Made by a program: the position numbers and the translations under genes | The notes under the pieces: model-generated | Told to the model about the DNA's origin: nothing | What the model saw: only the letters and a program-made list of their open reading frames with translations | Databases searched by the model: none | Assembly: GCA_036867785.1 (NCBI GenBank) | Contig: CP145414.1 | Coordinates: 1,178,001-1,242,000 of the forward strand | Direction: 5' to 3' | Origin: Plasmodiophora brassicae | Taxonomy: Eukaryota | DNA length: 64,000 nucleotides | In this document: piece by piece, positions 1 through 10,621 of the stretch | Position numbering within the stretch: position 1 is the first letter of the stretch | Layout of the letters: every line of letters starts with the position of its first letter

Positions 1-861
1 CCACAAGCACAATGCGTTGCTCATCCTCGACACGGTGACCAGCCTTGGCGGCATACCGTTATTCATCGATCAATGGGATGTCGACGCGGCTTACTCTGGT
101 AGCCAGAAATGCCTGTCGTGCCCGCCAGGTTGGTACACTGCGGCCCCGTTTCGCAGTCAGCCTTTGAGCTGAAACTCATCATCTCAGGAATTGCCCCTGT
201 AACGCTTAATGATCGCGCAATGCAGAAGGTCAACAACCGCAAATCTAAGGTGGGTTGACCCTGAGATCGCGTCGCATTCGCCTGATCCACTGGCCAGGTC
301 GCCAATTGGTATCTGGACCTGACGATGGTCGGCAAATACTGGGGAAGTGAGCGCACGTACCATCACACGGCGCCCATCAACATGTATGTGCGGTGATGAG
401 TCCCTTTGCCGATACGGTTCTCATGCCAGAATATCCAGGAACTATGCGCTCAGGGAAGCTCTTCGCTTAGTGAGCGAAGAAGGCCTGGAGGCGCGTTGGA
501 AGCGTCATGCCGACAACGCTAAACTATTCGCGGCGCGCCTGAAGGACATTGGCCTAGAGTGTTTCATCCCCGAAGCGACTCGCCTGAGCACCTTGATATC
601 TGTTACCGTTCCCAATGGCATCGATGCCAAGGCGGCCTGCAAGTACTGCCTGGACACCTTTAACGTCGAAATCGGCGGCGGCCTTGGCGAGCTCGCTGGC
701 AAGATCTTCCGCGTTGGTACGACCTCTACGTGGAATCGGTTTCGCGATCCTTGTGCGTTGATTGTTCTCTTACAGGTCTCATGGGGTTCAACAGTCGGCG
801 TGAGAACATTGAGCTGTGCTGTGCTGCTCTCAAGGCTGCTCTAGATGAGCAACGCAAGTAA
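1..861 (+). CDS. AGXT: Alanine-glyoxylate/serine-pyruvate aminotransferase (class V PLP), 5'-truncated by window, multi-exon
   Basis: Exons read [27 protein letters not shown] (PLP lysine motif), [39 protein letters not shown] at 859-861. Confidence 0.9.
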
Positions 862-985
862 CCGCGTTACGCCACTGGGCAATTAATACAGACCCGACAG
901 TCCGGCCAGGATGCGTTGAGCGGGTTTCGCTGTCGTCGAATTACTAGAATGTGTAGAATATTACGACCAATGTGAATGAGGGCGA

Positions 986-1742
986 TCAGTAAACGGCGCC
1001 ACCGTCGTCCAGCGTGTACGGTATCTCAACGTAGTCATCGATGGGCAGTGGCTCTTCGCCCGTCCACCAGCGCCGAACATACTGGCCGATCACACTGAGC
1101 GGACCCGCTAAGGGCCCGTCGTTACCATCACTGTCGTACACGTCGTCAAGGTCCTCCAGGTACTCTAGCCGAAGCTGTGCATGGCGATGGCCTCGCGCGG
1201 CAGCCCTCCTGTAGAAATGCATCGCCAGGGCAGCATCGGCGACGATCGCATCGGATCCCTGTTCCAGCAGCCGCCCGACCTCAAACTCGGCATCGCGATG
1301 CCCACGAAGCGCCCGCCCAAACAGGCCACCTTGTGGACTTGCCCGGTCGATCAGCACGGACACAGCACGCCCAGCCATCCCCGACAGCGCCCGCAGTAGG
1401 CCAGGCAGGGCGGCGCCCGTTCCGGCACGCCGGCGCGCGGCGACCGGCTCGCACGCCATTTCACGCTCGACGGCGGCCCGGTCAACGATGACATACGTGC
1501 CCATGTCGCAGTACATCGTCAGCAGGCCCAGGTCCCGCGACATGGTCCCGTTGCCCCGTTCATGAAAAATGGCCGGCACCGACGCGGCGTCGCGCAACAA
1601 AGGCCTATACCCGCGCGAACTACTTCACGTGCCGCTGCCTCCGAGCCGAGCACTGGGGGGCATGCAGCTATAGCGGGTCAGCAGTCACGCACCGCCCTGG
1701 AATAGATGGCGATGGCGCCATCGGCGCGGATCGTCGAGGCAT
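986..1742 (-). CDS. Sel1-like repeat protein
   Basis: ORF 986-1600 contains ALRGHRDAEFEVGRLLEQG...AMHFYRRAAARGHRHAQLRL; 5' exon from ATG 1742 inferred through an in-frame GT-AG intron. Confidence 0.65.
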
Positions 1743-1900
1743 CGCTGTCGTGGTGCTAACGAAACCTGTCCGAAACGTGGACAGATGGCAGGAACGCTCG
1801 GTGCTGCTAGCCTGCTTGTTGCCACAAGCACTGTCACCCGGACGGTATGACGTGGTGCCGCCACATAAACACGGTAACCCACATGATGTATTGCAAGCGG

Positions 1901-2700
1901 TCATGGAGCCGGGCTGGTTGTCGGCTGCGAGGATTCGGTGGGGCCGCTCGTGGACGTGGACGATACAGGGTCGCAGGCAGGGCCACAGGATTTACCTTTC
2001 AGTTCGCCGAGGTACGGGATCATCAGGGCCATCTGGAAGTCGCGATACGACAAGCCTTCCAATTTTGGGGTGTACAAGGTCACCTCAGCGGCCAGTTCCG
2101 AACTTCGCAGGACGACCTTTCGTGCCGCATTGTCAACATGTGTTCTTCGGTCATGGATCGCGGACAGCTGTACTTACCGAATGCGGTGGATGATCAACTG
2201 TGGGAACCCTGTTAGCGGTCAATAATGCACAGACGACCATGGACGCTTACGGTTTTCACCGATCTTGTAGATTTTGGCAGCGAACGCATTCAGGAGGTCC
2301 ACTGATGCTAACGTGAATGTCCTGGTCAGCTTTGTCGACTCCTTGTTCACCTTCCACTCCTTGACGCTCTTGTGCAGCATTGCTACGAACTTTGGCGGTA
2401 GGCAGGACCCGCCTTGCTCGAACGGGTCACAAGCGCCAAGTCGAAACTTGGCCGCCTATACCAGCATTCAATCCGAGTGCAGAAGCGTGCATATACCATG
2501 GTGGTACGGTGCCAAGCTTCTCGTCGATAGTCGACAGGCGCCGGATCCCGGAAACGACATGCAGATGAACGCTCACTCGACATGCAAGGCGTCGAAGCGC
2601 ACCACGGAACTGTACCGCCCACCGTCAGACAGTGGCACAGGCGAGAACGCCACCAGCGACTACACCAACCATTGCAACCTCGGCTCAACGCTCGCCTCAC
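1901..2700 (-). CDS. Pterin-4a-carbinolamine dehydratase (PCD)-like protein, spliced; termini approximate
   Basis: Manual splicing gives LGACDPFEQGGSCLP...KEWKVNKESTKLTRTFTL...KIGENLDHPPHS...AEVTLYTPKLEGLSYRDFQMALMI, following the PCD fold pattern; Arg/Ser-rich N-terminus resembles a mitochondrial presequence. Confidence 0.7.
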
Positions 2701-3020
2701 GGAACGGAGTGACTGTCACCTAAACTGGCGACCCCGTCAGCGCCAGCCGCCGCTCTTCGCAAAGACCTGATTACCGCCACAACCATGACGGCTCAGAAAC
2801 CATCCTGATAGCACATAATCTCCCCAAGCCCATCATAGGCCAGCTCGCCCGCACATCATCGTTCCTGGTAGGTCAATGAAAGTAGGCACATCGGCTGCTT
2901 GAATGGCGCATCCTCTGTGTGCGTGTCTGTGGGTGTGCAGCAAGTCCGTGAAGTCCGTCGCGGAGTCCGTGGCGCGCGGCGCAGGGCTACCTCGAGGCAG
3001 ACTTGTGAGCTGTGCCGCCC

Positions 3021-5498
3021 ATGGCACCTTTATCGTTGTCTAAATCATGGCGCGTGATCGGGACGCATACGGACTGCTACACGGGCGGTCGGGTGCGCCT
3101 GTCGTCATGTAAGACGTTGGTCGCCTGCTGGTGCAACGAATCTGTGAAACTCGTGCGCTTGGCCGACGGTCACGTTGTCGCGTCGTTCGAAGACGACAAC
3201 GATGCCTTTATTGCATTCGATTTGCACCCGTCCGCACCCGAACTGGCCACTGTACAGCGTAGTGGTCTGATTCGTATCTGGTCGCTGGAAACGCGGGAGC
3301 GCCTGCGCGAATGGAAAGGCCATAAGCTCCCCGTCACCTGCATCGCGTATGATTCCACGGGAAACCTTCTAGCGACGGGTGCCGTCGACCGGCAAGTTCG
3401 CATCTGGAACGCCACGAAGGGGTTCGCCACACACACGTACGCAGCGCACAACGACGTCATCACCTGCCTCACGTTCCATCCGAACCCATCCGCCCTCGTC
3501 GTGTACTCTGGCGCTCGGGACGGCAGTATCGTCGCGTACGACCTTCGCAAGCAGACGGACACGTCGCTGTCGAACCACATGGCCACGGTCACCGATCTCG
3601 CTGTCGACGCCGACAGCGAGCGGCTGCTGTCGGTCGGCCGCGACAAGGTCATCAACGTCTGGGCGGCGGATACGCTGACGCTTCTGCGAACGATTCCCGT
3701 CCTGGAGGAACTCGAAGGCATTGCATGGCTGCCCGATTCCTGCGCGCTCCCTGTCGCGATCTCGTCGTCGTCCTCGAAGCGTTTCATGACGGTCGGCCAA
3801 CGTGGCCTGCCCGCGGTCTACACGCTGGACGACATGCGCTGCGTCTACGCGGACGAAACGACGGCGCAGGACGACGCGATCGCGTTGACGGGCGTCCTGG
3901 TTCGCGATGACGACTTCATCGTGGTCAGCTCGGACCACAACCTGCACGTTCGCGACCTGGCGACGTTCGCGCAGACGAATTGCATCATCGGGTACAACGA
4001 CGAGATCCTGGATATCCAGTGCCTTCCCGACAGCGAGCGCGCCGCTGTCGCCACCAACTCGCAGCTGATCCGCATCATCGACCTGGGCACGTTCAACGCG
4101 CGCCTGCTGTCTGGGCACACGGCTGTCGTCCTCGCCGTCAGCGTCAGCCCGTGCGGCACGTTCCTGGCGTCCGCCTCCAAGGACAACACGCTGCGCGTCT
4201 GGGACCTTCGCACGTTCGCGTGCACGGCGGTCGTTCAAGGGCACACCCGGGACGTGTCCGCGTGCACCTGGGGTCGCGCCGGCGCCCTGTACTCGGCCAG
4301 CGCCGACCGCACCCTGAAACGCTGGCAGGTCGACCTGCAGGGCGGCACGGTGCGCCCGGACGCCCTCGCGACCGTCCTGGCGCACGACGCCGACGTGAAC
4401 GCGGTGGCCGTGTCGCCCAACGACAAGCTCGTGGCGACGTGCTCCCAGGACAAGACCGTCAAGATCTGGGAGACAAGCGACCTGGCACCAGTCGCCACGC
4501 TTCGTGGCCATCGTCGTGGCGTCTGGTGCATGGCGTTCTCCCCCGTCGACAAGTGCCTGGCGACCGGGTCCGGCGATCGGACGATCAGGATCTGGTCGCT
4601 GCGCGACAACACGTGCGTCAGGACGTTGCAGGGCCACACCGGGTCGGTGCTTCGCCTCCTGTTCCTGCCCGGCGGCATGCAGATCCTGTCGGCCGGTGCG
4701 GACGCGCTCGTCAAGCTGTGGACGGTGCACACGAACGAGTGCACGGCGACGTTCGAGGACGCGCACGACGACGGCAAGATCTGGGCCATGGCCCTGACGC
4801 CCGATCACGCCCGGCTCGTCACGGGTGCCACCGACTCGAAGATCAACGTCTGGCGCGACTTCACGCTGGACGACGCCGAGGAGGAGCGCCGCGCCGCTGA
4901 CGAGCGCACGCTGGCCGACCAGGCCCTGCAGAACGCGATGAAGGCGCGCGATCACGTCAACGCTGCCGCGCTCGCCGTCCGACTTCGCAACCCGCGGCGG
5001 TTGTACACGATCCTGGAGGCGTGCCCCGACGGCGATCTCGACGCGATCGTCGACGCGCTGACCGACGACGACCTGGGCGAGGCGCTGTCCTGGATCCGGG
5101 ACTGGAACACGGTCGCCAAGCGGTGCATTGTCGGGCAGCGCCTGCTGCGGGTCATCTGCCGACGCGCGCGCCCGGAACGATTGCTGGGCGTGAAGGGCGC
5201 CGGCGCCGTCCTGGACGCCCTGGCCGCCTACTCGCAGCGCCACTTCGACCGCATCGACCGCCTCGTCCGGAAGACGTTCCTCATGGACTACGTCCTCAAG
5301 GCACAGGGTGCCCTCGGCGACCCTGCCGCCGCCGAACCGAACAACAACGGGGCCATCGAGTCGGCGCTCGGGAAACGGGGTCCAGACGACGACAACGACG
5401 ACAGGGCGCCGGCCTCGCGAAAGACGAAGAAGAAGAAGCAGCAGCAGGCGACGAAGGCGAACGCTGCCGATCTTCTGCCAATAAACAGCGGCAACTGA
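3021..5498 (+). CDS. UTP13: U3 snoRNA-associated WD40 protein Utp13/TBL3
   Basis: Intronless ORF with many WD40 repeats, IIGYNDEILD motif and Utp13 C-terminal domain (WIRDWNT...YSQRHFDRIDRL). Confidence 0.92.
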   Translation: MAPLSLSKSWRVIGTHTDCYTGGRVRLSSCKTLVACWCNESVKLVRLADGHVVASFEDDNDAFIAFDLHPSAPELATVQRSGLIRIWSLETRERLREWKGHKLPVTCIAYDSTGNLLATGAVDRQVRIWNATKGFATHTYAAHNDVITCLTFHPNPSALVVYSGARDGSIVAYDLRKQTDTSLSNHMATVTDLAVDADSERLLSVGRDKVINVWAADTLTLLRTIPVLEELEGIAWLPDSCALPVAISSSSSKRFMTVGQRGLPAVYTLDDMRCVYADETTAQDDAIALTGVLVRDDDFIVVSSDHNLHVRDLATFAQTNCIIGYNDEILDIQCLPDSERAAVATNSQLIRIIDLGTFNARLLSGHTAVVLAVSVSPCGTFLASASKDNTLRVWDLRTFACTAVVQGHTRDVSACTWGRAGALYSASADRTLKRWQVDLQGGTVRPDALATVLAHDADVNAVAVSPNDKLVATCSQDKTVKIWETSDLAPVATLRGHRRGVWCMAFSPVDKCLATGSGDRTIRIWSLRDNTCVRTLQGHTGSVLRLLFLPGGMQILSAGADALVKLWTVHTNECTATFEDAHDDGKIWAMALTPDHARLVTGATDSKINVWRDFTLDDAEEERRAADERTLADQALQNAMKARDHVNAAALAVRLRNPRRLYTILEACPDGDLDAIVDALTDDDLGEALSWIRDWNTVAKRCIVGQRLLRVICRRARPERLLGVKGAGAVLDALAAYSQRHFDRIDRLVRKTFLMDYVLKAQGALGDPAAAEPNNNGAIESALGKRGPDDDNDDRAPASRKTKKKKQQQATKANAADLLPINSGN

Positions 5499-5515
5499 TG
5501 CAGGGGCCGGTTCAT

Positions 5516-7039
5516 TCACAGGGTGATGACTATGGCGGTCAGGTTGTCCATGCTCTGCTTCTCGAAGGCGCGCGTGACGAGCGCGCTGGCGGCGCGCCCC
5601 GCCGGGTTCCCCTCGGTCGGCGCCGCCGCCGCCAGCTGGTCGTTCACGAACAGCGCCGCGTCGTCGTCGGTCATGACGTCCCAGATGCCATCGCAGGCGG
5701 CAATCACGAACCGGTCGTCCCCTGTGAGAACATGGCGCGCTAGCGCGTACGCCCAGTCAGGTCGGCCATCGTGCCAGGCGGGTCGGGACGACGACGAGAC
5801 GCACTGATATGCGGCACGGCCGACACGCTGGGCTTCAGGACGTGGTCGCCCAGGGCGCGCGACACGGCCAGGACGCCGTTGACGCGATTGCCGGCGATGA
5901 AGCCGCCGGCGTCCTTGACGCGGGCCACCTCCGACGCCAACGACGGCTTGTGGTCCATCGACAACCGCTTCGACACGACGCGGTTGCTCGTCGCGTCCCA
6001 TGACGCCAGCACCGCCCGCGTGTCGCCGGCGTTCGCCGAATACAGGACGCGGTCGCCGCCCTCGTCGACGAACAGGACCGTCGCGACCGTGACGCCCGAT
6101 TCGAGAATGGACCGGCGTCGCAGCTGGGCGTCGGTGTACAGGTAGGCCGCCTCGATGCACGACGGGGTCGTCGCGTCCTGCTTCCGCCGACGCGACATGA
6201 TCCAGGACAGGTTCTGCAACCGACGAGCGCGCGTCAGCGAGACGTTTCGCGGGCCGGCCATCGTCGGTGCCGACCTCGTGGAAGCTTCGCACGACAAAGT
6301 CGACCGCCTCGCGACCGCCGTGCCCGTCGTAGACGCAGAACAGGCCCTGCAGGTAGCACCAGGCGTTCAGCGAAGCGCGCGGGCGGGGACGCAGAGACGT
6401 CGTACGCATCGAGGGTCGCCCGCGAACCCGTCGACCATGACGTAGTCGTCCTCGTTGGCGGGCCGGCGCCCAACGCTGTGCGCCAGGCCCGCCTGACGAA
6501 CCGACACCCACCTACGAGGTTTAGGGCAACGGGCGAACCACCGGCGGCTGGACGACGGGCGCGTACGTATGCGTATCGCTGAGGCGGGGGATGCCGTCGG
6601 TTTGCAGAGCCAGCTGCTTCCTGCGTTTGATCATGGCCAGGCGCGCCTGCCGGACGGAGGTCAGCGTCTGGCTCCGCCCAGCGTCGTCGCTGTCGGGCGG
6701 CAGGACGATGAAGTCGCTGTCGCTGGCGTCCGGCTGGAACCCGATCCGCCGGAACAGGTCGACGCCGTGCTTGACGTGCCCGAGGCGCTCCTAAACGGAG
6801 ACGGGTGACGTCGGGCGTCGTCGGCAGAGTGTACGCCGACGACGTACGTGGAAGTTCAGGTTCGACAGGCGTATCCGCCTGAATCGGTGGTCGCCGGGCG
6901 CGTCAATGATGGCGTTGACCATGACGAGGGCCGTGTCGATGGCCTCGATGACGTCGAACGGGTTGTTGTCCCGCGACCCGGCCAGGTCGTCCAGGAGCAG
7001 GTCGATCGGGGTGCCCGTCGCCCCCGTACTGACCGACAT
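5516..7039 (-). CDS. PP2C (PPM) phosphatase with N-terminal PUB domain
   Basis: N-terminus NAIIDAPGDHRFRRIRLSNLNFH...GVDLFRRIGF (PUB); then GRRPANEDD, VYDGHGG, ANAGDTRAV, DHKP, LAVSRALGD, ACDGIWDV, SMDNLT; splice phases consistent. Confidence 0.85.
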
Positions 7040-7212
7040 TGCCGCCTGTGTGTGTGTGTGTGAGGCGGTGGGGGGCGCGCGGCCCCGACATGGTTGTTGC
7101 CTCCTGGCGGCGGGAGGCCCCAATCGCTCGTGTATATGTGTATATTATACATAATGCCGACGATCATATCTAACCGCATAGGTAGATGAGCAGGCGCCCG
7201 CCGGGGTCGCCC

Positions 7213-8990
7213 CTAGAACGGGTTCACCCATCGCGCCAGCCGGATCCTCAGGCTGGCGGACGCGGGCGGCACCGGCGCGTGCTCGCCGGGACCCGCTTCT
7301 TCCTTGACGATGGCGACGAACCGGGGCAGGAACGGGTCGACGCCGCCCATCGGGTCCTCCAGGATCATGTCGGTGTGCGACTTCCCCGGGCAGATGTGCA
7401 GGGTCGGCTGCAGGCCTGCCCGGCGCAGGGCGTCGCAGAACCCGATGCTGGACGCGTGCGGGACGGTCCGGTCGGCGTCGCCGTGGAACAGGACGATGTC
7501 GGGGAGCAGGTCCAGGGCCAGCTTGCCGCGATCCGCTCTGGATACCGACACGGTCGGGGAGAACAACGCCAGGTCCCTGCCCATGATCCGGCAGATGACT
7601 CTCCTGTACAGACCGCGACCGTGTAGGTTGGTGCAGACGGCATCGAGGTCGTACGGCCCCGATATGCCTGTACCGTTCGGGTCAGCGAGCACAACAACGC
7701 GTCGCCAATGTACGGGCCGCTAATACGGTACCGATGAAGCGCCTCAGGCGCGATGCACGCCACGCGACACGCGTCTCGATGCGTTCCCAGGCCGCCTGGC
7801 GAATCAGGGACACGGCCGCAAGATGCGCCCCGGCCGACTGTACGCGCGACACACGAGGCGTGAGCGTCGAGCGAGCCAGACAGCCGATGATGGAAACCCG
7901 CACGTGTACCTGCCCCGACAGCGTGATGTTGGTGACGTCGCCGCCGAACTCGATGATGTGGTCAAAGACCCAGGCGACGGCATCGGACGTGTCGATCAGC
8001 ATGTCGACGATCTGGCCTACCAAGGCGTGATGTTGGACGAGGCCGTTACTGCCGTCAATCCAGCACGCGCATGCGAACCTTGCGGAAAGTTCCTGTGGGC
8101 GTCAACGCACGCTTCAGCCTCGGGGGTGGCCAGTCGCCCAAGCACACACAGAACGGTGTCACCTGTAGTCCGGGGAGACGAACAGCACGCCTTTCTGGCA
8201 CATTTGCCAGCCCATCAGCGCCGCCCAGGCTCGGTGCCCGATGATCCATGCCCCGCCTGCCACGTGGCATTGCGTTTCAGCACAGGACGGTGTGGGGGCG
8301 AGTCGGCAACGCGCAAGGCCACCTGCGAAGAAAATGACGACCGGCCACCCCTTCGCGGGTCGGCTGGCCACATCCTCAGGAATGTACCTGTCGGCACGCG
8401 CACGTGTGTGAGCCGATGGACGAGCGCATCCGGGGACAACGAGTGCCGACACGTCCAGCAGGCTTCTACCGTGGAACCCGTATCGAATACTACGATGGAT
8501 CCGACGGGACGTGGCATATCGGTAGAACATGTGCAGGAAATCGGGCAGGAGAACGCCGATGAAGACAAGCAAGCGCAGGAGCATGACCATCCCTACGAGG
8601 CGTCAGCGCTGGACGCCTATACGCGCGCGCCATGGACCGCGATACATTTCCATCCGAACCCGAACAGGCGTATCAGGACAATGGCGAGCCGGGTCACCAG
8701 GTACGCATCCTGGGCCATGATCTGCGAGAACGACCGCCGCAGGACGTCGTCGCCCATCTCCAGCATCTCGTCGTCGTCGTCGTCGTCGTCGTTGTCCATC
8801 CACGAGCCGGACGACGACCCGGGTTCCGACCGGGACGCCCGGCCCGTCGTCGAGCCACTGCGCGACATCGCCAGGGGCGCCGTTGCCTGTGCGCAGAGGC
8901 GCGCGACACCCGCCCCAAAACAACGGATCGGCTGCTGCCGACCGCCTCCTGAACGTAACGTCATCGTCGCGTCCAGCGCCGCCGGCCATC
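7213..8990 (-). CDS. Isoprenylcysteine methylesterase (ICME)-like alpha/beta hydrolase; start approximate
   Basis: GGAWIIGHRAW, VSPDYRNFPQ, spliced GQ|SAGAHL nucleophile motif, GISGPYDL, FHGDADRTVP, GKSHTD, ARWVNPF C-terminus. Confidence 0.85.
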
Positions 8991-9166
8991 GTATACGACA
9001 CGGCCGCGATGTGGTGGACGTCGACGGCAGGACGACGTCACGGCGAGCCGCGCGGCAGTCACGGGGTTTTCGGGGACAGGCCCGTCGCCACGGCTGTCTT
9101 GGCCTGGCGTCTCGAATCCAGCGGACGGGTGTATTATACAACGTCGCGGGTTCGCGGGCGGGCGCA

Positions 9167-10070
9167 TTACGCCAACAGGATGACGGAGACGAGCAGGGCG
9201 ACCAGACCGGCTCCAGGGCTGACGTGTCGGGTCCCGCTCTTCTGCGGCGGCTGCGCGCAGACGGCGCTGGGCGTCGTCGGGCTAGCGGAGCCGACGAGAA
9301 CCCGTGCGCCGGTCTGCAATTGCCACTGCATTAGCGAGTGGCGGCGCCTAATCACGGGTGGCAGTCGCCCGACCTTCTTGTACCAGTTCGATGTCGTCCC
9401 GTCCACGGCAATGACGTCGAATTCGACGAGCGTGTCTGTCGACGGTGCCGCCCACTGAAAGACGACGGGCATCGATTTCGGGTTCGCAGACGTGTGGGTC
9501 ACGCGCGACTGTGCGCTGCCGTCGCAGGCCACTTGTTTGGCCATGGATGTGCTTACGAACGCGTAATCGGTGCTGTAGTCGCTGCTGATCGGTATGACCG
9601 ACCCGGTCGCCGTGGTCACCTTCGAGAACGACCCGATCCCCGTCGAGCAGCCCGTTCGCGACACCAACAGGATGCCGTTGAACGTGCTGCCGCCAGTGAA
9701 CGACCCTGTGGCAGTGACCTGCAGGCGTGCACTCAGACTGAGCAACCTGCACAACAGAGTGCCGTCCAACCATGACGGTCCCGCCTTGCGGGACGCTCGT
9801 CCGGCTGAACGTCAAGTTGACGAACTGCGTTGGTGCCGACCCTGGTCCTGGTTTGCATACGATACGTCAGGTGACGCTGCTGAAGCGTTTGACCGGGCCG
9901 TGAGGCACATGGCACGTACCGCCCATGCCGCCCGTGATCATCGCCTGGATGTCAGAGGCGACGGCGATGTCGCAGATGCCGGCACCAGTCGAATAGCCCC
10001 AGACGACCGCCGTCGCACAACATTGCAGGGCAACGACAAAGGCCGTTGAGCGACGCCAGCTGCGTCGCAT
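9167..10070 (-). CDS. Secreted reeler-domain protein, probably GPI-anchored
   Basis: Signal peptide then YSTGAGIC; FNGILL, VTHTSANPK, FQWAAP, VEFDV reeler hallmarks; hydrophobic C-terminal tail AGLVALLVSVILLA. Confidence 0.7.
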
Positions 10071-10621
10071 GCTTCTATGTACTAGGTACAGCCAGCAATG
10101 GTAATCGGGTTAGGAAGCGGTCGAAGAGCCGTACCATGGCGACCCATTCCGTCCGGACGCGCCGTGGTCACTGGGCATTGGACCCGAATCGATCTACTAA
10201 CCGTACATGTCCTGTTACCCGTATGTCTGTCCGATCGTGACCGAGATGCGCTTTCCGACCTGCACGAAAATAGTCTTGGACCCGTTCCCGAATTAGACCC
10301 AGGGTCGTCGCCGACGAAACCTATTAATTTTACTGCAAGCCGCCGGGCGTTCGCCTCTACAGAGGAGGCGCGACACGGGACGCTCACGACGGGCATCGGA
10401 GCCGCTGCTTTCGGGGGGCGATCGCCCTGTTTTGGCGTCGACAGCGACCGCCCCACGTCAATCGTCGTCGGGGGCTCTCGCTGTCGGAACGTTTTCGGTC
10501 TGCAGTTTTTTTTTGGGTCGGCGTCTGTGGGCGCTGCAACGCGACCGCCCCGTCGTCGTCCAGTGCGCAGCGTCTGCACCACACAGGTCGCGGCGGGCTC
10601 GGTCCGCGTTCGTCGTCGGCC

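Noticed and set aside
3369-5519. 716-aa antisense ORF (likewise 11480-13414, 7823-9334, 15102-16292)
   Set aside because: Shadow ORFs of real genes caused by high GC and codon bias; no domain features
7047-7062. (TG)n microsatellite; also CAG/CCG-type runs at 15105-15130 and 41495-41635
   Set aside because: Ordinary simple repeats or polyQ/polyP coding tracts
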